Source: Amphiscolops sp. MND2022 (lineage: Eukaryota). From it: DNA of 64,000 bases. This document shows positions 37,378 to 49,559 of this stretch, piece after piece. The position numbers and the translations under genes are program-made. Numbering within the stretch: position 1 is the stretch's first letter; each line of letters starts with the position of its first letter. Location of the stretch: contig OZ076409.1 of the NCBI GenBank assembly GCA_964187785.1, forward strand, positions 77,502,001 through 77,566,000. Direction: 5' to 3'. The notes below the pieces were generated by a model. It had not been told where the DNA came from, searched no databases, and saw only the letters and a program-made list of their open reading frames with translations.

Positions 37378-38118
37378 ACAAACCGGGAACGGCCTGAGTC
37401 GGCGCCATATCTAAGGATCAAAAATAGCAAAAGAACTTCAATGTGTCAGGTATTCTCTTGTGCAAAACCCACGTGAGGAAAAAATAGAAAAAAATTAAAA
37501 ATTTTTTGATTTTTTTCTGGTCCTCGGTAAGTCGCATAGTGCCGACAAATGTAAAAGGGGGCATTTGGGAGTTTTTGAACATCCATTCTTTGAAAAAATA
37601 AAAAAAAATGAAGGGGGGACCCTTTGGAGACATTTGAAAAATTTGCGAAAAAAAGTCTCACTAAGCCGAAAACAACTATTGGAAGCATTTGAAAAAAATA
37701 TATACATTTTTAAAGTATTCGGTTAAAGTCGCACAGTGCCGAAAAACCCAAAAAGAGGTCATTTAGGCCCATTAAACGTTTTTTACAAACCGAAAACTTC
37801 AAAAATATGCAAGGGGTACCCTTTGATGATTTTCGAAAAGTTTCGAAAAAAGTCGCAGAGTGTCGAAAAAACCCAAAGGGGGGACCCTTTGGTCTCACCT
37901 GCTGTACTTTTGGAAGCATAAAAATATTATGGTTTAGTGCGAGAATCGAATCCCCGCTCTCCGGCTTCAGAAATTTAGTCGAAGATCAACAACAGAACAG
38001 ATGAACAAATTTTAAAAAGTGGACCATTCAGAGTGAGATTGTAAGCTGAAAAAGAAAAAAAAACTACCCACTGTAATAGTCGGGCTTTTTTCCTTAAGGA
38101 AAAGGCGCCGACTAAAAA
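37378..38118 (+). mobile_element. Full-length Helentron/DINE-like non-autonomous element (same family as 6870-7409)
   Basis: 5' sub-TIR AGTCGGCGCC; 3' stem-loop agtcgggcttttttcctt-aaggaaaaggcgccgact followed by AAAAA. Confidence 0.68.
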
Positions 38119-39999
38119 CCCCACTATCGCTTCCGGTAAGAAAGGCAGTCAAATGGTACCAAATTTTATAATTTTTTTGGACCTTTGAAACGTTTTTGAA
38201 TGAATAAAAATACTGAATGCGAGGTATTGGACGTTAATTGACTACCCTTGTCAACAAGCCCCATCACTCCCTGATCGAGCAACAATACCACACCGATCAA
38301 CTCTGGTAAATCTGTGATGTACGACGCGCAGAGCCGACTTTGTTTTCGGACGACGATCTGATGTAGCAGATGCTATCGCCAAAAAAGAACGTCGGCAATC
38401 GGTCGAAAATGGACTCTGAGAAGGTCCGTCTCATCAAAAAGCGCAAAGCCGAAAGGTTTTCTGACAAGTGGCATGCAGCACGGGAAGCTGTCAACCAGCA
38501 AGGTCGTGATAAAAAAGCGGAAAAGTCAAACGACGAACTCTCTCTGATACAGGGAACTATTAAGGAAAGCTGTTCATGCTCACTTGAACTCTTTGAAAAA
38601 CCTACTCTCCCTAACAACTGTTCGGAAGTGTTCATCTTTCTAGTCTTTGTTCTAATATATCAACTTTTCAGCAAAAAACAAGGCTCGTTGAATAATTCTT
38701 CCACTCCTAGTTTTCTGACACCCTCAAGGTTGATACACCGTACATTTTCTTTCAGGGTTTTTTCGCATCTTCGAAAAGGCAGTTCCTTCTATTTGAAATT
38801 TTGAAAAATTGCAAAAGAAAAGCCATTTGAAACACGAAACCAGAGTCGACGTATTTGAGGTTTAATTACATTGGAGCTCGTACTTTGGTTGAACGTTTCA
38901 ATTTCGCATTTCATCATGCTTTCGCTACTGCTGATCGGTTTTGCAAAGATTCTGTGGAAAAATATATATGTTTCTGACTTGATTATTCTTTTTTACACTG
39001 TGTGAAACGCACACAAGACACTCAATGGAAAAATTGCTCAAGTCTAGAGTAATATACTTTGATCAAGTACCTATTCACAACTGTACTTGAAAAAATTGAA
39101 TGTTCAAACCATAGTGGAAGCTTTTGAGGTTCCATTAATTTGGAGCTGATACTTGCTACTCAAAACCTTCGAAGTGTCTTTGACTAAAAGTCTTGTAACT
39201 GTTACGGTCGGTTTCTTCAATGAGTTATGGTAGTGTTTCAATCAGACTTTTAAAGCTTCTATTGGGTCCACGGAAATGAATTTCAAATAGCAATAGTTAG
39301 CAGATGTTGACTCGAAAATCACAGCGTCCTTGGTTGATACACATTCTTGTCGTAGTCACAAAGTTACTCATGTTCCTTATTTCTGGAAATTGAAAACTGT
39401 ACACTTCTTCGAAGAGCTGGGGTTCTTCGGCTGTGGAAAAAAGTTTATTTTCAACCGTAAGAGCAGAGCTCCGTTCGAGCTTCCCATTACACTAGCTCCA
39501 GCGTGTTTGCGAAAGTATTCCTCGATAATAATAATAGTGTTATTGCCGGTCATGTCGGTTGCCTTGCTTCAATACCAGAACGCGAGATCAACGGGGAAAG
39601 GAATGGGAGGCAAAAGCCCAATTGCCCCTTTAACTTCGATAGAAAGACGAATCAACAGCGCATAAATGTGATTAGGAAAGGTGGCAAACAACCTGGGAAG
39701 AAGTTACTGTCAAGTATGCCGGTGATTTCTTCGGAGAAATTTCATTTTTTGTTGTTGTCCTTTCTCCGAGGATCATAGAAAAAGAGCTCGGATGCTGAAA
39801 TCTGGACGCGATCAGGTTCCACCGTACGAACTTGCGTCGAATTCGCAGAGGAGGTGGATGAAGCAAGGACTGATGATGTCAATTTGGGAACGGTGACAAC
39901 AATTCACTACCTTTAATTTCGTCGAAATGTAGGCGCTGTCGCGTAAGGGGAAAAACTGGTGTTATGCTTCCCGTCGCTACCTCAGAAAGTTTCCCAAAA

Positions 40000-42400
40000 A
40001 GTCATATCGTCGAGGTCATTCGTCTTCGACAACAGAAGGTTCTTCCGTGGACTCGAGCTCGAGTTCCGATGGAGATGCTGTCGTGCCTACTAGTATTGCC
40101 CGAGTGCCATATGTTGAGTGCCAACTGATGACATCCACACCCGTTCATGAAGCCAATTTTCCAGACTTCATCGATTGCTGCGACCAAATACAGAACGCTG
40201 AGTACTTTGATCTATCAGGAACTTCTAGCATTGACACGATTTCATCTAGTACGTCAGATGCCGCGCTTTTCCGAGATCGCGAACAACTGTGTCAAAGTTT
40301 GAGGATGGTTCTTCGCTGCTTGCATCTAAAGGCGCTATGAGCGACGCAACGGTAAAAGTACTTTTAAACCTATTCGAATTGTATGTTACGTTTGTAAACA
40401 ATAATCCATCGTTTTCAAGTTTCATGAGCTGCCAGAAGCGATTTCACGAAAAAAGCGATGTTACAAAAATGATCTTTCTGGATCTCAAATTCAACATCTT
40501 CTTGTTTCAAACGAAATTTTAGTTCTCACCGATAGGTTTTGGAGTCCTCAAGAGTTTTCATTTGCGCCTCGTTCGGTTTACCAGGAGACAGTAATTTAAT
40601 TTATATTGAACACAGATAAGATTTCGCCATTAAAGTTTTCAAATTTTTCGCCGGATCCTGTGTGGCTGATGATGGCCAACCTGAGATCTCTACCTGAGAG
40701 ACGCAGATGAGCCTACCACAATCTCAATTTGTCTGGTATTTTTGGTGGTGAACGGAAACTATTTGGTGAAACCCTCATGCAACCTTTTTTTGAGCAAGTG
40801 AGTAAATTGAGAGAGGGATTGACCATAATTTTTCGCAGTGTTCAGTTGAAGGTTGCTGTGGAAGTTGCCTTTGTAAGTTGTGACATGGTAGCTAAAGCGT
40901 CTTTGCTGAATCAAACTCAATTTAACGGACGGTATGGTTACCCCAATGTTTTGTCAAAAGGTAGAACTTCCAGCAGTGAAAAGGTTTGGATGTATACCAG
41001 CGATGAAGATGACTGCTTGAGATCTCGAGCGTCGAGGGTCACCGCCCTAGATATGGATCCAATTTCAGCTTCTCCGGTTTTCAGCATCAAAGGTGAAGTT
41101 TTCTCGAAGTGATCAAGACTGAGATAAATTTTTAGAGTGGTAATTTAACTTTTCACACACGTCAGTCCATTCCTAACAAGTTATTCGACGACTTACCGAA
41201 TGGAGTAACAATCGATTATATGCATCAACATCTACTCGGCAATGTCAAGACTCTGTTGAACAGTATATACCGCCATATGATCTCTGAAAATAAAAAGGAA
41301 GTGTCCGACAATTGTGCAGACTTCCAAGTGTCAATTGGAATGCTTCTGAATGTAAAAACTTTCTACTCTACGGTTTTATTGTTTTGCCGAATCGCATTTC
41401 CGAAAGACAAGACTTTTTATTCACTTCTATAAGCTCAACCTTTCAAGACGACTCTTACTGGTTCCCACGAGTGACGAAGCAATTGAAGTCAAGAGAATTC
41501 TAATCAGACTTTTTCGAACCGATTTAAGCCCAATCTATGGAGAACATGCACAGTCAGAGTTTCCCGAATTAAATTTTGATCTGATCTAGTACGATGAAAG
41601 TTTTGTCAATTGAATCAAAAATTGTTTGTTGGTCTCGCGCAATTGGATTTTTTTTGCGATTTCCGGGAACTTCTGTTGCAAGGTCTATCACTTCCATTCA
41701 ATTTCCCATCTTCCCGATCAAGTGCGTCCTTGCGGGTCACTTTCTTCGTTATTGGCCATGCCTTTCGAGTCGGTTAATTATCATCTTATGCGGTCTGTTC
41801 CGAAAAGTACATCCAAACAACTACTTGCAAATCTCGCTGTACGCAGGTTTCGTCGAATATTTCATCAGAAACAGAAAACAGCAATCAGTTTCAAAGAACC
41901 CAAAGTTTTGACGCTGAACATCCGAAATTCAAAAATGATAGCTGTCGATTCATCATGTCCACCGATTTTTCGTTCAACAACCCAAGGAGAGTTTTGAACC
42001 ACCAAAACTTCCTTTTGAGTGCGAGGCCTAACAATCTACTGTCACAATGAGGAATGTGGAGTTCCAAGAACAGGCATTTAATATAAAATACTGAGTTTTT
42101 ACCAAAATGGTTGCTTGAGGATTGGCGTGGCTTTGAATCGTCACGTTCTCTTTTCTACAGGAGAAGCATATGTGGCAGTGATGGCGCTTCCAGTCCGTCG
42201 TACACTTCCAACTTGCCTCTTTCTGAGATCTACGGCTCTGGATACTGACATTGACGACGAAATACGATCGTGTTGGGACTCTGGTAGCTTCCATTATTAT
42301 CTGGGAACGATACATGAGAGAGTTACATTTGTCCTAGTTGATGATATCTTGGATATCTCCAAAAATGTCATCCCCATGGAAAACAAGTTCGTTTGCTAGA
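40000..42400 (+). mobile_element. Decayed EnSpm/CACTA (CMC superfamily) transposase pseudogene
   Basis: Characteristic motifs in the expected order across frameshifts: CDMVAKASLLNQTQFNGRYG, TIDYMHQHLLG, NWNASECKNFLLY, AMPFESVNYHL. Confidence 0.75.
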
Positions 42401-42999
42401 AGTTTGAGAGATTGAATATTTTACTACAGATTTTTCCCCTCAATTTAACCCACGCTGGTATAGCGGCAGATGGAGGACCAATAGGTGAAAGCTGAAGGCT
42501 CTCTTACTGCGGGAAATCTAGGTATTCATTTTTTGAAAAACATTGTCTCAATGTCGGAAAAAGATAAAAGGTGGATCTTTTGGGATTACATCTATTCTGT
42601 TGCAAAATTTCAGAAAAAAATTAATCAAAAAGGTATTAAAAAAGTGTACCAGGGGGTCCTGGTTTTAGTTTCTTTCGTTGAATAAAGATATTTCGACAAT
42701 CCAAAAATGTGTTTCAGTACTGAAAACCTCATCGTAAAGATTTCCGTTGGACGCGAATTGTTCAAGTTTGGGGAAAAATCACAAAAGTTAAACAAGAAAC
42801 TAACATTATCTCTCAACTTTGTGAAAACATTATATCCGGGTTAAGCTCTCGTCTGGGTTGAACAAAAAGTGGACATTTTAGAATGAACTGAAAAAAACCA
42901 CTCTGAGATTCGAGCACTTTTTTGGCTTGGGAACAACGCAGCCTAAAATTGAATCCCTTTGATGAAACTATTGACTTTGGTTAAAAAATCGTTCTAACA

Positions 43000-45110
43000 A
43001 TTGTTTTCCTTTCGCCAATTGGTTTTAGTTCTTTTGAATCGATGAAATTTTGGTTTCGTCCTGCTTTTTGTCATACAAAATTCATCCTCAGATAAGTTCG
43101 TTTTTCGTGGTCAAGGAGTGGAAACTGGACTTTGATTAGGAATTCTTAGGTCACCGATTTCGTGTTGTTCGTTCAATTTGAAGTTGTGTTGTTCTTAGTT
43201 TCGTTTCAGCTTTCCGATTGTTTTTNNNNNNNNNNNNNNNNNNNNNNNNNNNNNNNNNNNNNNNNNNNNNNNNNNNNNNNNNNNNNNNNNNNNNNNNNNN
43301 NNNNNNNNNNNNNNNNNNNNNNNNNNNNNNNNNNNNNNNNNNNNNNNNNNNNNNNNNNNNNNNNNNNNNNNNNNNNNNNNNNNNNNNNNNNNNNNNNNNN
43401 NNNNNNNNNNNNNNNNNNNNNNNNNTTCAACGTTCTTGGACCCGTTGGGGCCACGTCTCGTCGTGGGTCCTATCAAAAAAACCCTTACGGTTTCGCTAGA
43501 AGACAGCCTCCTGAAAGCTAGTATAAAGACTGTGGTGTAAATTAAACGTTGTTTGGAGCTGAAAACCATTTCCGACACCAATCTGTTTTTTTGTCAATTC
43601 ATGGTTCAATTGATTTTAGTTCCTTTTGAATTGGTGGAACTTTTGTCTGTTCCTGCTTTAGTCAAACATCTTTCGTCCCCAGATTGGTTCGTTTCTTTGT
43701 GGTCAATGCGTGAAAATTGGACACTGATTAGGGATTTTTAGCTCACCGATTTCCTGTTATTCATTCAATTTGAAGTTGTGGTGTTCTAGCGTTTCGTGTG
43801 AGCTTTTTGTTTTCCAGTAATTTGATTTTTTTGTTGTTTCGTTTTCTTGTTTCGAATCGTGTCGTGATCCCTTCCTGTCAGTGTTGCTTTCTGGATCTTT
43901 TGAGCTTTTTTGCTTTTACTGATCTTCACCATTCTGGGACCCATTGGAGGCCACGTTCTCGGTGGGTCCTGTAATGTGAACAACCCTGTCCGAAAACCCA
44001 TTATAAGGTTTGTGGTGTAAATGCTTCAAACTTTGTTTTGAATTAAAAAATATTGTCCGACAACATTCTTTTTTGTCAATTCATGGTTGATTTGATTATA
44101 TTTCCTTTTGAATTGATGAAATTTTGGTCTGTTTCTGCTTTTTTCATACATATTTCTTCCCCAGATCAGTTTATTTGTGGTCAATGTGTGAAAACGGGAC
44201 TCTGATTAGGGACTCTTAGGTCATCGACTTCTTGTTATTCGTTCATTTTTAGGTTGTGCTGTTCTTACTTTTCATTCAGCTCTTGATTGTTTTGCAGTGT
44301 TTTGTTTTTTTGTTTCAATTGCTGGTTTTCGAATCGTGTTGTGATCTCTTCCTGTCAGTGTTGATTTCTGGACCTTTTTTTCTTATTTGCTGTCACGGAT
44401 CTTCAAAATTATGGGACACGTTGGGAGGCCACGTTCTTGTCGTGGGTCCTGTCATGTGAACCATTACAGTTTCACTAGCAGAGAGCCTCCTAAAACCCAG
44501 TGTAAGGTTTGCGGCGTATAATCCTCCAAACTTTGTTTGGAGTTGATAACATTATCCGACAACATTCTTCTTTGTCAAATCATGATTCATTTGGTTTCAG
44601 AAGCTTTTGAATAGATGAAAATTTGACATGTTCCTGCTTTTTGTCATACTTTTTCAATCCCCAGGTCAGTTCGTTTTTTTGTGGTCAATGCGTGAAAATT
44701 GGTCTTTGATTAGTGATTCGTATGTCACCGATTTCATGTCCCTCGTTCATAAGGAAGTTCTGCTGTTCTTACGTTTCGTTTCAGCTATTGATTGTTTTCC
44801 AGTACTTTGTTTTTTTTTCGTCCCATTTTCTGGTTTCGAATCGAGTCAGTGTTGTTTTCTGGACCTTTTTAACTTTTTTGCTGTAACGGATCTTCAACAT
44901 TCTGGGACCCGTTGGGAAGCCATGTTCAAGTCGTGGGTCCTGTCATGTGAACCATTAGTTTCACTAGCAGAGAGCCTCCAAAAACCCAATGTAATGTTTG
45001 TGGTGTAAATGCTTCAAACTTTGTTTGGAGTTGAAAATCTCATTCGACGACATCCTGTTCTCTTGTCAAATCGTGGTTCTTTTGATTTTAGTTCATTTTG
45101 AATAGACGAA
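43000..45110. repeat. Large-unit (~480-590 bp) tandem array, ~4 copies, spanning the assembly gap
   Basis: gtggtcaa.g.gtg.aaa..gg anchors at ~43108, 43700, 44177 and 44681; gtgggtcct anchors also recur. Confidence 0.8.
43226..43425. other. Assembly gap (200 N)
   Basis: Run of exactly 200 N, typical of a scaffolding placeholder. Confidence 0.99.
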
Positions 45111-45119
45111 CTTTTCGTG

Positions 45120-45640
45120 GATTATTCCATTGGATCTCAATTTCAATCCTTCCAGATCATAACTTTGCCTAATTCAAATCTGAATTAGCAATTGCTATGC
45201 AGAATCCAATGATTTGCCAACTTCAGCTGCATTTTTATATGTTTCATGATCAATGTTGGGTTTAAAACTTATATTTTTTAGATCCTCGATACATACTAAT
45301 TGGATCTTGTTTTCAATCCTTTTAGATCATGCTTTTGCTTTATTCAGATCTGAACTAGCAGTGTTTAGATCTGTATCCAATGATTTTCCAACTTCAGCTG
45401 CATTTTTAGATCTTTCAAGATCAATTTTGGGTTTGAAACATGTATTTTTTAGATCCTCGATACATACTACGTGGATGTTGTTCTCAATCCTTTTTGATCA
45501 TGCTTTTGCTTAATTCAGATCTGGATTTGCAATCATGAGAGCAAAAATCAATGATTTTCCAACTTCAACTGCATTTTTCAATGTTTCGTAATCAGATTTG
45601 GGTCTGAACTTGTAATTTTTAGATCCTAAATCCATAATGC
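45120..45640. repeat. ~171 bp tandem repeat array (same family and orientation as 34500-35250)
   Basis: ccaacttca.ctgcattttt at ~45217, 45388 and 45559. Confidence 0.8.
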
Positions 45641-46635
45641 TGGATATTTTTGATAATTTGTTAGTTCATTTGCCATCTGAAGGTTTTACGATGACTGAGG
45701 TTCTAAACGAGATTCTTGAATCCTCTTGCATTTTTTTGCCTAATGTTGGTTTCTCTTGAAACTCTTGATAAGAATCTTAGAACTTCTTGAATTTTTTGGC
45801 ACGATCTTGCAAGATCTTGGAAATTCTTGGATTTCTTGGTAGGAGTCTTGGCAAAATGCTCACCAAGGTATACAAATATATCCAAGATTCTTATCAAGAG
45901 TTCCAAGAGTCTTTACACTGGGTTGTATTTAGCAATCACGAATTTCCACCATCCTATCGTACTGGCATTTAATTCTGGATTTTGCAATCATCGAAAAATT
46001 GAAAAACCACGGAATGTAAGTAATGCGCAATGGCTGTCTTGAGATGCAATTTGGAACAATATATATATTGGAACCAATTTCTGCACATGAATTGAAACTT
46101 TTTCCGAACCAGTTTTTGTCCTAGTACACGAAATGTTTCAACCTTGACCTGAAATTTGATCGTTTGATCTTATGATTACCACGAATCCGTACAATATGAG
46201 TTACCGAATTAGTTTTGAGTTTAGGTGATTTTTTCTGGGCGAAACATTTTTCTCAATGAAGACTACTGAACACTTTTAGCACGCGTCTGTTTCAGTGTGC
46301 AGAAAATGTTCAGCTGCTTGGTATTGCTCAGATTCAGTCCTCATCTACCAATCTGGTCTTCGTCGTTTGGCTGACTTGTAACGTTCACTTCAATGCTTCA
46401 GCATAGGGTTTCAAAACACCGGCCGTTGGTATGAAAGAATATGATATGATGTAGATTCTTTTGATCTTCATTGAAAGGGGAAAGTTATAAATGCGAGTGA
46501 TATCATTTAATGCAGCAAGCAACATTTACCATCAAAATTTTAGGAAAAAAACAATGACTGAAAGACATGTCTGTTACTAAGCAGCTTAGTAAAATGATCT
46601 TCTCTTTCGAAAACATAGACGGATCAAAAACTTAC

Positions 46636-46837
46636 GATTTTGAGTTAATATGCAAGTAGGTTAGCAGTACAGGGTGCAGAAGTATTTCTTTTGATTCTGA
46701 CTCTGTAACATCCAGCTCAGATAATTGGATGAACAGGTCTGGTTTCAGAACGGAACAGCAGTGATCTGGATTGAGTTCACTCCTGAATAACGCGAAGTCA
46801 ACTTCCACTTTCAAGTTTGGGTCCTCTTTGCAAAGAC
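46636..46837 (-). CDS. TRPA-like ion channel, copy B, coding exon 2 (linker/pre-S1, ...KEILLHPVLLTYLH...)
   Basis: Acceptor tttcag|GT and donor TC|gtaagt; 202 nt, the same length as copy A exon 2. LLHPV is the TRPA pre-S1 motif. Confidence 0.85.
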
Positions 46838-47177
46838 CTGAAACAAGACTAGGTGAGAAAGTTGCGACGAAACGTTGATTACAATTCTTTGAAATCGAAA
46901 AACTATTTTTCATTTACAAAAAGATCCTGATACGGAATGTCTAAATGAAGATTTTGACTTTCTCCGGTTTGAAAAATTGGTCAGACTTGTTTCAATTTCG
47001 CGAAGTTGAATTTTTTTGTAGTTTTTATTCAGAGAATGGAGGAATGTTGTTTAATTGGTCAGTTTCCAAAAAACTTTTGGCACAGTCTCTGGAAAGAACC
47101 ACCGTTGATACAATTCAAACTCCGTTGAAGACTATATACTTCAAGTTTGTATCTTAGGTCATAATAAAAGAGAGTAC

Positions 47178-47565
47178 CTTCATAATTTATTTGCTTGTCC
47201 AGGACTTTCAAAAGTGTTGCTGGCCACTTTTCCATCAGAATTGGAAACACTCTCTTAACTGCTTGCATGGAAGTTTCTTTGAAATCGTTTTCATCTTTCA
47301 TCGAAACTGAATCAACAGCTTTCTCCCTGTCTTGGGTTGGTTGTTTGTCAATAACATCATAGCTTTGAAAATGACCATCGACTTCGTTTGTTAGAAGAAG
47401 CAGTGTCTCTACCATTAAAGGTGTTCTGGCTTCTTTTAATAAACTTGGGTCTTTGAAAAGTGCTTTGGGATTCCGAGAGATGTAAGCTGCAGCTTTCGCA
47501 ACATCGTTTGCAGCTATGAAATCGCGAATTGTGGGGTCAACGTTGGGTTCTTCAGAAGCGTTCAT
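47178..47565 (-). CDS. TRPA-like ion channel, copy B, coding exon 1 (MNASEEPNVD...LLKVLDKQINYE)
   Basis: ATG at 47565; donor GAAG|gtactc, phase 1. Aligns with copy A exon 1 (IRDFIAANDV/IRELIIANDV, MVETLLLL, VFP.L.E.WP.T.LK.LDKQI.Y). Confidence 0.8.
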
Positions 47566-48529
47566 CAGAGGAATCGATGCCTTGAAAAAGTAAAGTTCCG
47601 ACGGAAATTAGCTCCGAAACTATCGACAGTTTCAATCTCGACAAGTTTCGAAAATATAGCTTATTGCTGACAATATATTTAACTGTTCTAAGAAAATTAT
47701 TTCAGAAACATTCCGTAATGAAGTGTTCTCTGCATATGAGCACGTTAGTCAAACATGAACGTGAGATTTCATATCACAAATCCTCTGCATCAATTAGTTT
47801 TTGAAGTTCTGACCCAAGATCAAAAGAAACCATAACAAGATTGGATTTCACGGGAATTTTATTCCTGTCTGAAAAACGAAGTCATTGAAAGGGCCGAAGA
47901 AAAATGTGTTTTAGTCTATTTTTGTTTCTACATTTATCTTTTGTGTAGAAAAATACATTGAGAAGGAGAGAAGGCATTCACTGGAATTTAATACAAAGAA
48001 AATTCCGATTTAATGAGCACGTTTATCTGTTCAGTTAGGTTGAATTCGAAATGAAATACCAGTCCACTCGAAGTGGAAGCAAAATATGACCTTCGTAATC
48101 ATAACCTTCGTAATCATATGACCTTCGTAAACCATCGTTTTATGGAGCTGTAAAAAATCATCTCTAGTTCAATTGCAGCTTAAAGTTCCAAACTCGAATC
48201 GCAGCAACAATTTTCCCCATAAATCTATGTGGTAAAGAAAAATTGATAACTGCCGCGTTTTTCCCAAAATTTTCCATGCTGCAAATTCATACCCAAAATA
48301 TAGAATCTCGTCCACGGAATTCAACCACCACAAACTTGGTTTCGTGCCATATGCCTTCGTAGAGATTATTCAAGTTTGATCAGTATGTACAAATGACCCC
48401 CCCCCCAAAAAAAAGACCACAGAATGACATATTCTAAAATTCGGTTTTTTTGAAATTTAACATCTTAATGCAGTTTTTGTACCATTTCATGGGTTATATA
48501 GAAAGTTGAAAAAGCTCAACGATCAATGA

Positions 48530-48780
48530 ACTCCAGGAGTAAAAATTCTTGGATTTCTTACCAAGATCTTGGCTTTTCCTACAAAATCCTGCTACCTCTT
48601 GAATTTCTTGATAAGATCTTGGAAAGAAAAGTCTTACTACTTCCAAATAATCTTGAATTTCTCGACAAAAATCTTGTAAGATCTTGCAAATTCTTGGATT
48701 TTTTGGTAAGAGTCTTGGCAAGATTCTTATCAAGAAATCCAAAAATATCCAAGATTCTTAACAAGAGTTTTTGCACTGGG
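48530..48780. mobile_element. Short AAGATCTTG-rich MITE (CMC-like end ...TTGCACTGGG)
   Basis: Similar to 34148-34315 and 45700-45922. Confidence 0.6.
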
Positions 48781-48989
48781 CTAGCTATATAGTAGATTTT
48801 GCAAGAGATATCTGCAGTTCCTAGTTAGAATAGTGCCTCAGAAACGCCAAAAAAGCAAAATTTCCAAACAAATTTGTCTTTGAACAAGTATAACGGAATA
48901 CCCAAGGGCATCGAAAAATCACAAAGTTCAAATTGCAGACAGAGAAGGTTCAAAAAAGTCAACGGCACATAAATTAGTTATCTGGTACA

Positions 48990-49360
48990 ATTTTAGTCGT
49001 GAAGTGAAACGCGGTTCATGAAATGAAACGCGACTACTATAGTAACTTTTTTTTGTCTTTTTTTCAATCCACACGAACTGACCAAAGTAGTTCTCAAAAG
49101 TTTTACGAAATTTTATGGTATCAAATTGAAACATTTGCCTTAGCGAACTGAACCAAAAAAGTTTTTCCTCTTTTTCCACGTAACATACAATACCAGGAGA
49201 GACTAAAGGGTCCCCGCCTTTCAATTTTTTTTGGCATTGTGAAACTTTTTTTGAAAAAACAATTTCCCCAAAGGGTCCCCCTTCAATTTTTTGATGCTCT
49301 GCGACAGAATGGATGTTGAAAAGTCTCAAAGGCCCCGCTTTCAGTTTTTCGGCATTGTGA
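48990..49360 (-). mobile_element. Truncated Helentron/DINE-like repeat copy
   Basis: aagggtccccc, gaatggatgtt and tttttcggca core shared with 6870-7409; 3' hairpin followed by AAAA on the minus strand. Confidence 0.6.
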
Positions 49361-49559
49361 TCAACTCACATGAAGATTGAAACAATGACACTTTCCTTGA
49401 GCATTTCAGAAAAGATCATTATTTTTTCGTTAGTAATGTTCTGTAACGACAAGCGCTGAGCGTTTAGTCGGAACAAGAGGAACCAATACCATGGATATGA
49501 TCCGGGACAAATCACAATAGGATTCGCCCATTTTGCCCGCTAAGGTGTGGTGATCGGCC

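Larger units (their letters stand above)
34148..45922. mobile_element. TIR-bounded nested transposon block (CMC/EnSpm-like ends)
   Basis: cccagtgtacaaaatcttgga at 34148 versus the reverse complement of the 45922 end, cccagtgtaaagactcttgga (18/21). The same ~165-bp tandem array lies inside both ends (34500-35250 and 45120-45640). Confidence 0.55.

Noticed and set aside
43162..43581. ORFs containing X runs
   Set aside because: Artefacts of the N gap.
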